Shown: piece after piece, positions 50,955-59,430 of the stretch
How the letters are laid out: each line of letters begins with the position of its first letter
Position numbering within the stretch: position 1 is the first letter of the stretch
Assembly (NCBI GenBank): GCA_020630095.1
Contig: JAHDCD010000001.1
Coordinates: 133,698 to 197,697, forward strand
Length of the DNA stretch: 64,000 nt
Origin: Rickettsiales bacterium
GTDB taxonomy: Bacteria; Pseudomonadota; Alphaproteobacteria; Rickettsiales; UBA8987
Direction of reading: 5' to 3'
Translations under genes and position numbers: made by a program
The notes under the pieces: model-generated
The model's input: only the letters and a program-made list of their open reading frames with translations
What the model was told of the DNA's origin: nothing
Databases searched by the model: none

Positions 50955-51383
50955 ATGAAGAAAATTTTATTACCAATTTTTGTATTACTATTATTACCGG
51001 CATTTTCTAAGGCGGAAGCTATAGATATTTCTGGTGTATACTGGAATAAAGAGAAGGATGCACAAATATCTATTTATCCGAAAGAAGATGGTAAATTTTA
51101 TGGTTCAATTGTTTGGAATAAAACTCCAAAGAAAAGAGATGTTAATAACCCAGACCCCAATTTGCGTGATAGACCTGTTAGAGGTTTAGAGATTTTAAGC
51201 GGTTTTGAATATAACCCTAAAAATGGCAAATGGATTAATGGTAAGATTTATGATCCTAAGAAAGGAAAAACCTACAAATGTAAAATGTGGTTTAAAGATG
51301 GCAAGTCTAACGTGCTTAATATCCGTGGTTACATGGGCATTTCTTTAATTGGACGTACAAGTCAGTTCTATAAAATTAAGTAA
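50955..51383 (+). CDS. DUF2147-family secreted protein
   Basis: Signal peptide. DPNLRDRPVRGLEILSGF...GKIYDPKKGKTYKCKMW...IRGYMGISLIGRT matches my recollection of DUF2147. Confidence 0.7.
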   Translation: MKKILLPIFVLLLLPAFSKAEAIDISGVYWNKEKDAQISIYPKEDGKFYGSIVWNKTPKKRDVNNPDPNLRDRPVRGLEILSGFEYNPKNGKWINGKIYDPKKGKTYKCKMWFKDGKSNVLNIRGYMGISLIGRTSQFYKIK

Positions 51384-52011
51384 ATTGAAATTAGGTTTAT
51401 ACATAGTTGTCGTATTGAGCAGTTTAGCGCTGTTTTACTTCTACCCTGAAGTTGACCTAAAGCTTTCGCAATTTATTTATAATAAATTAGATGGGTTTTT
51501 GCCTGAAACCTTTCCGATTACTTTGGTAAGTTATATATTGTGGGGAGTTATATTGCTCTTCTTACTTATTGTACCAACTTATATGGCCTATAAATATAGT
51601 TGGAAGATATTATTAATACCAATTTTAACTGTTTTTATAATTCATATTATTCCTGAATATGCTTTTAAACAGCAGTGGGAGCGCCCTCGTCCGGTTGAGG
51701 TAATACAGTTTGGTGGCGATGAGTTATTTGAATCTATTTACGAAGTTGAAGCTGGTATAAAAGTTCCGGAGACTATTAAGTCTGAGTCTAATAATTCTTT
51801 TATATCTCGTCATACTTTAGCGGCAGCTTACGTTGTGATTATATTTGGTGGCTTCACGCCAATTGGAAGCTTTTTGCTTTTGTTAGTTATTCTATCTAGG
51901 CTTGTTACGGGGAATCATTTTATTTCAGATTGCATTTTTGCGGTTCTTTTAATATACCCTCTTACATTCGCGGATATGCGTAAAAGAATTAATAAAGAAA
52001 ACACAGAATAA
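51349..52011 (+). CDS. PAP2-family membrane phosphatase
   Basis: Motifs KQQWERPRP, SFISRHT, SRLVTGNHFISD. True start probably the TTG at about 51385, just after the upstream stop. Confidence 0.6.
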   Translation: MDVQVSSIKLSKLKLGLYIVVVLSSLALFYFYPEVDLKLSQFIYNKLDGFLPETFPITLVSYILWGVILLFLLIVPTYMAYKYSWKILLIPILTVFIIHIIPEYAFKQQWERPRPVEVIQFGGDELFESIYEVEAGIKVPETIKSESNNSFISRHTLAAAYVVIIFGGFTPIGSFLLLLVILSRLVTGNHFISDCIFAVLLIYPLTFADMRKRINKENTE

Positions 52012-52013
52012 AA

Positions 52014-52538
52014 ATGAATATAGATAAAATCTCAATTGGTAAAAATGCACCTTCAGACGTTAACGTAGTTATCGAAATTCCTCAGAATGCTCCGGGTGTT
52101 AAATATGAAGTAGATAAAGACTCAGGCGCTGTTTTTGTGGACAGATTCCTTTCTGCGCCAATGTTTTACCCATGTAATTATGGTTTTATTCCTAATACTC
52201 TTTCTGGAGATGGTGACCCTGTAGATGTTCTTGTGGTTGCTCCTTATGAGATTGCTGTTGGTGCGGTTCTTCGTTCGCGCCCTATTGGTGTATTGGTTAT
52301 GGAAGATGAAGATGGTCAGGATGAAAAGATTCTTGCTGTTCCAGCTGATAAAATGACTCCGCTTTATAAAGATGTTAAGTCTTATAAAGATTTACCGCCA
52401 CTTTTAATTGAACAAATTACTCACTTCTTTGAGCGCTATAAAGATTTAGAGAAGAATAAATGGGTTAAAGTTAAAGAATGGGGTAATGCTGAAGATGCTG
52501 AAAAGATGATTCTTGAAGGTATCGCCCGCGCTAAATAG
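52014..52538 (+). CDS. ppa: inorganic pyrophosphatase
   Basis: VIEIPQN..KYEVDK, YGFIPNTLSGDGDPVDVLV, family I PPase. Confidence 0.95.
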   Translation: MNIDKISIGKNAPSDVNVVIEIPQNAPGVKYEVDKDSGAVFVDRFLSAPMFYPCNYGFIPNTLSGDGDPVDVLVVAPYEIAVGAVLRSRPIGVLVMEDEDGQDEKILAVPADKMTPLYKDVKSYKDLPPLLIEQITHFFERYKDLEKNKWVKVKEWGNAEDAEKMILEGIARAK

Positions 52539-52541
52539 TTG

Positions 52542-52791
52542 AATTTTCCAGAATATAGAAAATTTATTTTATTCTAAAAATTTTAAAAAATAATATTTAG
52601 AGGCTGGAATCTAAAAAAATCTTTATATTTCAATAGACCTTAGGATTTATCCTATAAAAAATGGTTTAAAAAACGTTCAAAAATGGGCGTTTTTTAACAA
52701 AAAATGACGATTTTTTTAATAAAATCATACATTCCTTTTTGGTTATTCACGATGTTGAGTTGATATTATCACGTAGAATATACTCCGGAAG
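52542..52791. repeat. copy B of the ~250-bp dispersed AT-rich repeat
   Basis: Same ordered blocks as 21885-22142. Lies directly 3' of ORF 52799..53527. Confidence 0.75.
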
Positions 52792-52798
52792 TGATGTA

Positions 52799-53527
52799 TT
52801 AATTGCTCTTCTTGGCGTTTTGTTTAAGTAGAACTTTTGAGGTGAAATAGCCTTTTTCTTTAGTTTCTGAAATGGTCTTTTTATTTACGCTTTTTTCTTT
52901 CGTTGAATCTGATTTGCGCTTATAGGTATTTTCCTTTGCTGTTATAATATAGCCGCCTTTAGATTCTGAAATTTTATCATTTAATTCAATGGTTAAGGTG
53001 AATTTCTTAACGCCTTTTCCGGATTTATATTTCTTGCCATAAATCATAATATGCAATGCGTTACGTGCTGGAATTGACCTTTGAGGATATTGTTCTTGCA
53101 GTTCTTGTAAGTCTGATTCAGCTTCTTCAATGGTTTTGTAGATATAACCGGATTCAACTTTACGTAATATGGGGTGAAGCCAGTCTGGGTGTTGCTTGCT
53201 GGTATCGTAACGCTTCATTGGGTGGATAGATAGTTTTGCTTCAAGTTTTTTTACTTTAAAGCCCCATTTTTTATCTTTTAATGGCGCTATATCAATAGTG
53301 GCGTAATTACCGTAAAAGCCTTTTTGAGACTCTTCTTTTGTTACGTTATATTCTTTTATCCAGATTATTAGGGTATCTTCATCTTCTGTGTTTAGCTTAG
53401 ATGTTATGAAGCGTTTGCGAATGTCCAGCAATGTGTTTTTGGCATCTTGTTTGCTTAGAAAACTATATCTATTTTCTACTATGGCGGCAATTTTAGGATG
53501 CTTTATGTAGGCGTAAACTGGTTTCAT
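52799..53527 (-). CDS. about 242-aa basic ORFan
   Basis: ORF track starts at the TTG at 53539. The promoter layout (TATTGT then 8 nt) favours the ATG at 53527 (MKPVYAY). Lys-rich tail, no recognisable domain. Confidence 0.55.
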   Translation of the reverse strand: MKPVYAYIKHPKIAAIVENRYSFLSKQDAKNTLLDIRKRFITSKLNTEDEDTLIIWIKEYNVTKEESQKGFYGNYATIDIAPLKDKKWGFKVKKLEAKLSIHPMKRYDTSKQHPDWLHPILRKVESGYIYKTIEEAESDLQELQEQYPQRSIPARNALHIMIYGKKYKSGKGVKKFTLTIELNDKISESKGGYIITAKENTYKRKSDSTKEKSVNKKTISETKEKGYFTSKVLLKQNAKKSN

Positions 53528-53551
53528 GCAGTTTAACAATATTAGGTATAA

Positions 53552-53568
53552 TTTAATAAAAGGTTAAG
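53552..53568 (-). promoter_or_regulatory. CtrA-type box (one half-site degenerate)
   Basis: Gene orientation: TTAA-CCTTTTA-TTAAA, 10 nt, TATTGT, 8 nt, ATG (53527). Plus strand: TTAA-TAAAAGG-TTAAG. Confidence 0.5.
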
Positions 53569-53580
53569 AAAATTAAGAAA

Positions 53581-53610
53581 TAGCACCTCCCCCGTGAGGG
53601 GAAGATGCTA
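53581..53610 (-). terminator. imperfect GC hairpin downstream of ORF 53639..54127
   Basis: tagcacctcccc gtga ggggaagatgcta. On the minus strand it is followed by tttcttaatttt. Confidence 0.4.
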
Positions 53611-53638
53611 CCAAAAAAATGAAAATAAGGCTGTGTGG

Positions 53639-54127
53639 TTAGTTTCTAACTAGGTCAGTACTAAGCACTGGAAGCTTAAAAATTAATTTATAAGTTCCAT
53701 TAGCCTTTTTTATAACGCTAAAACCCTCAATCTCTACTGCGTACAGAAGAATATCCAATAATATGGAAAGCTCTGTAATCTCAATAGAGTGAGTTCTACC
53801 TTCAGTTTCGTAATGAAAGCGAACGGATCGTATTTGTTGTACGATGGGTTCTTCATTATTAACCTTAACAAAGGCCGACGAGGCGTTATCCTTGAGCAGA
53901 AGCCCGATTACGTTCTCGTTGTCGGTTTGAGTTATCTTGATTGAATCAAGACCTTCTTCCATCTCGAAAGATTGGAAGTAGAAAAACTTCCCCGATGTTG
54001 TTTCAATGCGAATAAGAGGCTCTCCCTCAAATGCATTGGTTGCGGTAGTTGTGGCGTTGGCGTTATTTGTGGCGACTCCGAAAAGTGCCACGATAATGGC
54101 TGCTGCGAACGAGTTATTCAATTTCAT
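53639..54127 (-). CDS. 162-aa secreted ORFan
   Basis: Signal peptide MKLNNSFAAAIIVALFGVATNNANA. No recognisable domain. Confidence 0.55.
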   Translation of the reverse strand: MKLNNSFAAAIIVALFGVATNNANATTTATNAFEGEPLIRIETTSGKFFYFQSFEMEEGLDSIKITQTDNENVIGLLLKDNASSAFVKVNNEEPIVQQIRSVRFHYETEGRTHSIEITELSILLDILLYAVEIEGFSVIKKANGTYKLIFKLPVLSTDLVRN

Positions 54128-54269
54128 TATACTTGTTTTGGTGTGTGTTTGTTGTTGTTATGAATTGTTTTACAACGGTTTACACGAACAAGCGAGAATC
54201 CACAACGGAGACTCACTTAAGTGAAAACGTTGTGAAAACAAGGTTAAGCCCCCATTATATCATATTGTG

Positions 54270-54286
54270 GTTAAGAAATAGTTAAG
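54270..54286 (-). promoter_or_regulatory. CtrA-type box, perfect in gene orientation
   Basis: Minus strand: TTAA-CTATTTC-TTAAC, 10 nt (cacaatatga), TATAAT, then a leader of about 120 nt containing the hairpin cacaacg...cgttgtg before the ATG at 54127. Confidence 0.65.
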
Positions 54287-54321
54287 AAAAAAAACGCCCT
54301 CCAGAAAGGGGAGGACGTTTT
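54287..54321 (-). terminator. rho-independent terminator immediately upstream of the box
   Basis: Minus strand: aacgtcctcc cctttct ggagggcgtt followed by T8. Confidence 0.65.
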
Positions 54322-54607
54322 CGGTCTGTATTTTTAAGTTCTTTTTATCGAACAGCGCAATTAAGGCAGGTTACAGAAAACCAATTCCTTCCTAGTTAGG
54401 GTAAACTATTACAGGAAGAAAATCCTTAGCCACTACAGCTATCGTACCAATGACGATAATGGGGCCAAGGATTGTACTGGCTGCTAGGCACAAAATAAAA
54501 AACCATGCACAAAACCTTAGGTTTGATAAATAATTCCCAAACCATAGATGGATAAAGCGAAATGAACCTTTATTATACCCTAAAAAGGTTGATATAGGGT
54601 TAACTTA

Positions 54608-56113
54608 TTACTTTTCGTAATAGTCGCGTACCATGCGGTCAATTAAGCGTACGCCATAGCCGGATGCTCCCCAAGGGTAAACATCTTCGCCCTTTTCTTT
54701 CCATTCAACGCCGGCGATATCTAAATGCGCCCAAGGTACATCATTTACGAAGCGTTGTAAGAATTGCGCTGCAGTGATTGAGCCGCCGCCATAGCCGTTA
54801 GAAATATTCTGTACGTCTGCGGTTTTAGAGTCGATCATTTTATCGTACTCATCACCCATTGGTAAGCGCCATGTGCGTTCCCCTGAATCTTGTCCCGCTT
54901 TGGTGATGTTTTCTGATAGTTCATCGTTATTTGAGAATAAACCAGAGTAATGATTAGCTAATGATACTACGATTGCGCCGGTTAGAGTTGCAAAGTCTAT
55001 CATGAATTTTGGCTTATATTTATCCTGCGTATACCAAAGGGCATCAGCAAGGACTAGTCTACCTTCGGCATCGGTGTTTAATATCTCGATAGTTTGACCG
55101 GACATTGATTTTACAACGTCCGATGGGCGAGAAGCGTTACCATCTGGCATATTTTCAACTAATCCGATAACGCCGATAGCGTTAACTTTAGCTTTACGTG
55201 ATGCTAGTGCCTTCATAATGCCGCATACCACGCCGGAGCCTGCCATGTCGTATTTCATATCTTCCATGCCTTTAGATGGTTTTAGTGAAATTCCGCCGGT
55301 ATCGAAAGTTACGCCTTTACCAACGAATGCAAGTGGAGCATCGTTTTTAGGGCCGTTTTCATATTTCATTATAACTAGTTGAGACTCTTTAGTTGAGCCC
55401 ATACCTACGGATAATAATGAGCCCATGCCTAGTTTACGCATTTCGCGCTCGCCTAGTACTTCAACTTTTACGCCTAGTCCGCGTAGTTCAGCCTTTACTA
55501 TATCAGAGTAATGTTCTGGGTATAAAATGTTAGGTGGCTCAGAAACTACATCACGCGTTAGGAATACACCTTCATTTACGGCGTGTTGGTCTTGGAATAT
55601 ACTCTCAGCTTCTTCATTATCTTGTGTGAAGAAGTTTAATGACGTTACGGTATTTTCTTTATCATCTAATTTTTTAGTGAAATACTTATTGAATTTATAT
55701 GAACCTAATTCTGCACCAGATGCTGCGTAAGCAGATATTTTAGCTGAAGAGATTCCATTTATAGATACATCACCTAAAGCTGTTACGTTTTCTAGTTTTT
55801 TACCGTTGGCGCATTGTGCAATTTTGCCACCTAGTTTCTCGGCATCTAGTAATGAGAATTTTTCGTCATCTTTTTTATGCGTGCCAATCAGTACAATTAA
55901 GCCATTTTTGGGGGTGTATATGTCTAATTTACCGCCGAATTTGGCTTTAAACTCACGATTTTTAATGGCTGATGTGATAATTCCGTCATTATCGCCGTCA
56001 ATCTTTTGTAAGCCTGAGGGTAATTCTGATACATCTTCTACTAAAATATAAGATGCTGATTTATCTTCATTATTTGGTTTGTAATCTTTTATGTTCTGTA
56101 GCGTAATCTTCAT
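54608..56113 (-). CDS. pepA: leucyl aminopeptidase (M17)
   Basis: VGKGVTFDTGGISLKP, NTDAEGRLVLADAL. Start set at MKITLQNI (track ORF extends to 56134). Confidence 0.92.
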   Translation of the reverse strand: MKITLQNIKDYKPNNEDKSASYILVEDVSELPSGLQKIDGDNDGIITSAIKNREFKAKFGGKLDIYTPKNGLIVLIGTHKKDDEKFSLLDAEKLGGKIAQCANGKKLENVTALGDVSINGISSAKISAYAASGAELGSYKFNKYFTKKLDDKENTVTSLNFFTQDNEEAESIFQDQHAVNEGVFLTRDVVSEPPNILYPEHYSDIVKAELRGLGVKVEVLGEREMRKLGMGSLLSVGMGSTKESQLVIMKYENGPKNDAPLAFVGKGVTFDTGGISLKPSKGMEDMKYDMAGSGVVCGIMKALASRKAKVNAIGVIGLVENMPDGNASRPSDVVKSMSGQTIEILNTDAEGRLVLADALWYTQDKYKPKFMIDFATLTGAIVVSLANHYSGLFSNNDELSENITKAGQDSGERTWRLPMGDEYDKMIDSKTADVQNISNGYGGGSITAAQFLQRFVNDVPWAHLDIAGVEWKEKGEDVYPWGASGYGVRLIDRMVRDYYEK

Positions 56114-56279
56114 AAGACAACACTTAAGCCCCATTTATTGAAATAATCAAGTGAGAAAAAATTAAATATTAATTATTTTAACGGTTGACAATGGGGGCGC
56201 TGTAGCCAATGCTTTCTAGGCCCTCGCACTGGTGCGGAGCATATATTTTCAACTAATAAACATAATCTAAGGAGATAAA

Positions 56280-57455
56280 ATGTTAAAAAAATTATTACTT
56301 ACTACAGCTATTGCTACTATTGCAGTATCTGCTTCTGCTGGTGAGAGAGATAGCTCTTTCGGTACGCACACAGGTTCACACCTAAATAACGACTTCCACT
56401 CTGGAACTGGTTTCTTTAACGGCGGTATCAGAGGTGGTTCTTCTGCTTCAGCTCAAGCTGAAACTTGGAATGCTTCTTACGAAACTCAAGAAGTTGCTAC
56501 AACTACTTCTTACGAAGCTCCTGTAGCTGCTACAACGTACACTACAACTACTACAGCATCTGCTTCAACTGGTTCTTTTGGTTCTTCTAACCAAGGTCCT
56601 GTTAATGCAAGAGCTGGTGAGTGTTTCGCTAAAATTAAAACTCCAGAAGTAACTAAAGTTGTTAAAGAGCAAGTTCTTGCTACTGAAGCTTCTGAGTCTG
56701 TTTCAATTATTCCTGCACAGTACGAATATGTTGAGCAAGAAATCGTTGTTAAAGAAGCGTCTGAAGAGTTAATCACTATTCCTGCTACTTACACAACTGT
56801 TACTGAAGAAATCGTTGTTCAGCCAGCTCGTGAAGAGTTAGTTACTGTTCCTGCTCAATACGAAACTATTTCTGAGCAAGTATTAGTTCGTCCTGAAACT
56901 ACACAGTGGAAGAAAGGTCGTGGCCCATTAGAAAAAGCTAATGAAATCACTGGTGAAATCATGTGCTTAGTTACTACTCCAGCTCAGTACAAAACTGTTA
57001 CTAGAAAAGTAGTATCTTCTCCAGCTACAACTCAAGCTCGTGTAATCCCAGCTCAAACTAAGACTATCACTAAGCAAGTTGTTGCTGAGCCAGCAAGAGT
57101 TGAAACTCGTGTAATCCCAGCTCAAACTAAGACTGTTAAAACACAAGTTCTAGTACAACCTGCACAAGAAGTTCGTACTCCAATCGAGCCTCAGTACAAA
57201 GAAGTACTTAAGACTGTTGTTGTTCAGCCTGGTGGTTTAGAGTGGAAGCAAATTCTATGTGAAACTAACACTACTGCTGGTGTTGTTAGAAAGATCCAGA
57301 ATGCTTTAGCTAACAAAGGTTACTACAAAGGACCAATTGATGGTATCTATGGTTCTCAAACTACAAATGCTGCTGCTAACTTCCAGCAAGATAACGGCAT
57401 GAGTGGTAACGGTATCACTTTTGAAACTTTAGAATTATTGGGTGTTAGCATCTAG
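56280..57455 (+). CDS. secreted repeat protein with C-terminal peptidoglycan-binding (PG_binding_1-like) domain
   Basis: Signal peptide. About 8 tandem units of the form (I/V)PAxY/TxT(V/I)...PA. C-terminal IQNALANKGYYKGPIDGIYGSQTTNAAANFQQDNG. Confidence 0.7.
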   Translation: MLKKLLLTTAIATIAVSASAGERDSSFGTHTGSHLNNDFHSGTGFFNGGIRGGSSASAQAETWNASYETQEVATTTSYEAPVAATTYTTTTTASASTGSFGSSNQGPVNARAGECFAKIKTPEVTKVVKEQVLATEASESVSIIPAQYEYVEQEIVVKEASEELITIPATYTTVTEEIVVQPAREELVTVPAQYETISEQVLVRPETTQWKKGRGPLEKANEITGEIMCLVTTPAQYKTVTRKVVSSPATTQARVIPAQTKTITKQVVAEPARVETRVIPAQTKTVKTQVLVQPAQEVRTPIEPQYKEVLKTVVVQPGGLEWKQILCETNTTAGVVRKIQNALANKGYYKGPIDGIYGSQTTNAAANFQQDNGMSGNGITFETLELLGVSI

Positions 57456-57480
57456 TTTCTTCTGAAACTTAAACTTAAGA

Positions 57481-57506
57481 GCCCAGTAAATTTACTGGGC
57501 TTTTTT
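57481..57506 (+). terminator. rho-independent terminator
   Basis: gcccagtaaatttactgggc followed by TTTTTT. Confidence 0.75.
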
Positions 57507-57604
57507 GTATCTGCTGAGATGTTTTATGTTTATGTTGATGTTTGTGTGAGTTTTTTTCTTGAAACTCTAAACCCTTACAGCTAGAACCTAACATCTAACA
57601 GTTT

Positions 57605-57678
57605 GGCCCGGTAGCAAAGTGGTAATGCAGGGGATTGCAAATCCTCGATCGTCGGTTCGATTCCGTCCCGGGCCTCCA
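57605..57678 (+). tRNA. tRNA-Cys (GCA), CCA encoded
   Basis: GGCCCGG TA GCAA...GGGGA TTGCAAA TCCTC...GTCGG TTCGATT CCGTC CCGGGCC T CCA. Confidence 0.9.
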
Positions 57679-57868
57679 TAAGGATTAGTTTTCCTTTATA
57701 TATTTTATCAGATTTTCATTTGATTGCGACTGCTCGCCGCGGGGCGTCGGTTCGATTTCGTCCCGGGCCTCCATAAGGATTAGTTTTCCTTTATATATTT
57801 TATCAGATTTTCATTTGATTGCGACTGCTCGCCGCGGGGCGTCGGTTCGATTTCGTCCCGGGCCTCCA
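57679..57868 (+). repeat. two identical tandem 95-bp units, each ending with a copy of the last about 30 nt of tRNA-Cys
   Basis: 57679-57773 and 57774-57868 are identical by eye. Each ends cgtcggttcgatTtcgtcccgggcctcca (one C-to-T change from the tRNA), preceded by GC-rich gcgactgctcgccgcgggg. Confidence 0.92.
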
Positions 57869-57923
57869 TTTTCTTTCTTTTGAAGTTTTTAATATATCGG
57901 CTTGTATAGCAGTTGTTTCTAGT

Positions 57924-57951
57924 GGGCGTTGGTTTGAGTTCGTCCTGAGTC
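57924..57951 (+). repeat. decayed third copy of the tRNA-Cys 3' fragment
   Basis: gggcgttggtttgagttcgtcctgagtc versus gggcgtcggttcgatttcgtcccgggcc: 21/28 identical, differences mostly C-to-T or G-to-A. Confidence 0.6.
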
Positions 57952-58013
57952 TTTTAAGTTAATTTTTTAAGGGGTTATTTAGCTATTATGGCTACTTGCT
58001 GCGTCTAATGGTT

Positions 58014-58319
58014 TTAAATAGTTGATGTTTGTCTGTCTATGTCCCATTCACCTAAGCCTGTAATCTCTGGTGCTCTCATATTGGAGGCTTGACCGTCATA
58101 TAAATCTGTATTTATTTCTAAAAGGGTATCGATGTCTTTTTGTATTTCATCTAATTCAGATAATTCGCACTGCTCAATTCTTTCTATTAAATCTTCATAT
58201 GCGGAAATATCATCTTCAGAGACTTTGCCGTCAGCTAATAATTCTAATAGAGGTTGCCTGATTTCGATTTTAGCTACCTCTATTTTTGCTAGTTCGGCCG
58301 TTGAGGGTTCGTAATTCAT
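58014..58319 (-). CDS. 101-aa highly acidic ORFan
   Basis: Own box/TATAAT promoter 6 nt from the ATG. No recognisable domain. Confidence 0.5.
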   Translation of the reverse strand: MNYEPSTAELAKIEVAKIEIRQPLLELLADGKVSEDDISAYEDLIERIEQCELSELDEIQKDIDTLLEINTDLYDGQASNMRAPEITGLGEWDIDRQTSTI

Positions 58320-58341
58320 AAGTTAATTATACAAGTAGTTT

Positions 58342-58357
58342 ATTAAAATAAGGTTAA
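58342..58357 (-). promoter_or_regulatory. CtrA-type box (overlaps the zapE stop codon)
   Basis: Gene orientation: TTAA-CCTTATT-TTAAT, 10 nt (aaactacttg), TATAAT, 6 nt, ATG (58319). Confidence 0.6.
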
Positions 58358-59430
58358 TTATTTAGCATTTCATTTAATCGTGATAATGTACGTTTGAATT
58401 CGAAGGATAGTTTGCCTTCTTCTTTGTAGATGTCTTTTAAATCTACTTCGCTTGAGATAAGTATTTCTACTTTTGCTTCATAAGCTACATCAATAAAATT
58501 AATGAAGCGACGAACTAGATTGGTATTATCTATCGATAATTGCTTTAAATTGCTTAAAAAAATTATGTTATATTTCTCGCATATTTTTTTATAATCAGCG
58601 GCGGATAAATTACGTTCGCATAATTCATTAAAATTAGTCCAAAGTAGATTTTCGTAAGTACGCTCAAATACCACGCCGCGCGTTTCGGATACTTTTACAG
58701 ATTCCTTATAGGGTATTTTAGAATTTGTTAGGCGCTTAAATACGTCAAATAGAAACTCCCTGCCCTCTAGGCGCTCACCGATGAATAATTTGTCAGTCGG
58801 TTTTTTATTCTTTTTGCGATAATCAGATTCGCTTTGAAGAGCTAAGACATCATTCTTTTCTTTTAAAAGTTCAATGAAGGGTAGGAAGCGGGTTCTGTTT
58901 AAGCCGTCTTTGTATAATTCATCTGGTACGCGGTTGGAGGTTGCTACCATTACTATGCCATGTTTATAGAGCTTCTTAAATAGACGCCCTAGAATCATAG
59001 CATCGGCTATATCTGTTACTTGGAATTCATCAAAACAGATAAGTAAGTAGCGCTTTGCCAGCATTTTAGCGACCTTTTTAAGGTCTTTTTCTATGCGCAA
59101 TTGTGCGTGTATCATTTCCATGAATTCGTGGAAGTGGATGCGTACTTTATTTTCTATATCTATGCTGTCGTAGAAGATATCCATTAGCATAGACTTACCG
59201 CGTCCTACATCACCCCAGATATATAGACCGTGTGGTTGTTGCAGGTGGAAAAAGCGATTGAGTAAAGAGCCTTTCTTCTTATTATAGGGTATAAGTTCCT
59301 CGCCCAGAGTAACTAGTTTTTCTAATACTCTTATTTGATGAGGGTCTTCGTGAAGCTCACCTGAGCGTACTTTATTTAGATATTTCTCAAGCACTATGAT
59401 TGTAATACGAACAAAGGCAGATTTAAGCAA
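58354..59430 (-). CDS. zapE: AFG1/ZapE-family ATPase
   Basis: YIWGDVGRGKSMLMD Walker A, LLICFDEFQVTD Walker B. Start may be the GTG at 59394, which would abut panC. Confidence 0.85.
   Translation of the reverse strand: MLKSAFVRITIIVLEKYLNKVRSGELHEDPHQIRVLEKLVTLGEELIPYNKKKGSLLNRFFHLQQPHGLYIWGDVGRGKSMLMDIFYDSIDIENKVRIHFHEFMEMIHAQLRIEKDLKKVAKMLAKRYLLICFDEFQVTDIADAMILGRLFKKLYKHGIVMVATSNRVPDELYKDGLNRTRFLPFIELLKEKNDVLALQSESDYRKKNKKPTDKLFIGERLEGREFLFDVFKRLTNSKIPYKESVKVSETRGVVFERTYENLLWTNFNELCERNLSAADYKKICEKYNIIFLSNLKQLSIDNTNLVRRFINFIDVAYEAKVEILISSEVDLKDIYKEEGKLSFEFKRTLSRLNEMLNN

Noticed and set aside
52542-52791. TTATCCTAT within repeat copy B as a DnaA box or replication-origin signal
   Set aside because: A single 7/9 match, absent from copy A, and there are no clustered DnaA boxes or origin-linked genes.
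54326-54607. A 280-bp gap after pepA: a possible 39-aa ORF (MVWELFIKPK...), a hydrophobic peptide in another frame, or an SRP-like RNA (GGAAGGAA)
   Set aside because: The hydrophobic frame has no ATG. The 39-aa ORF has no RBS or conservation evidence. The GGAAGGAA match lacks the surrounding 4.5S helix. It cannot be supported from sequence alone.
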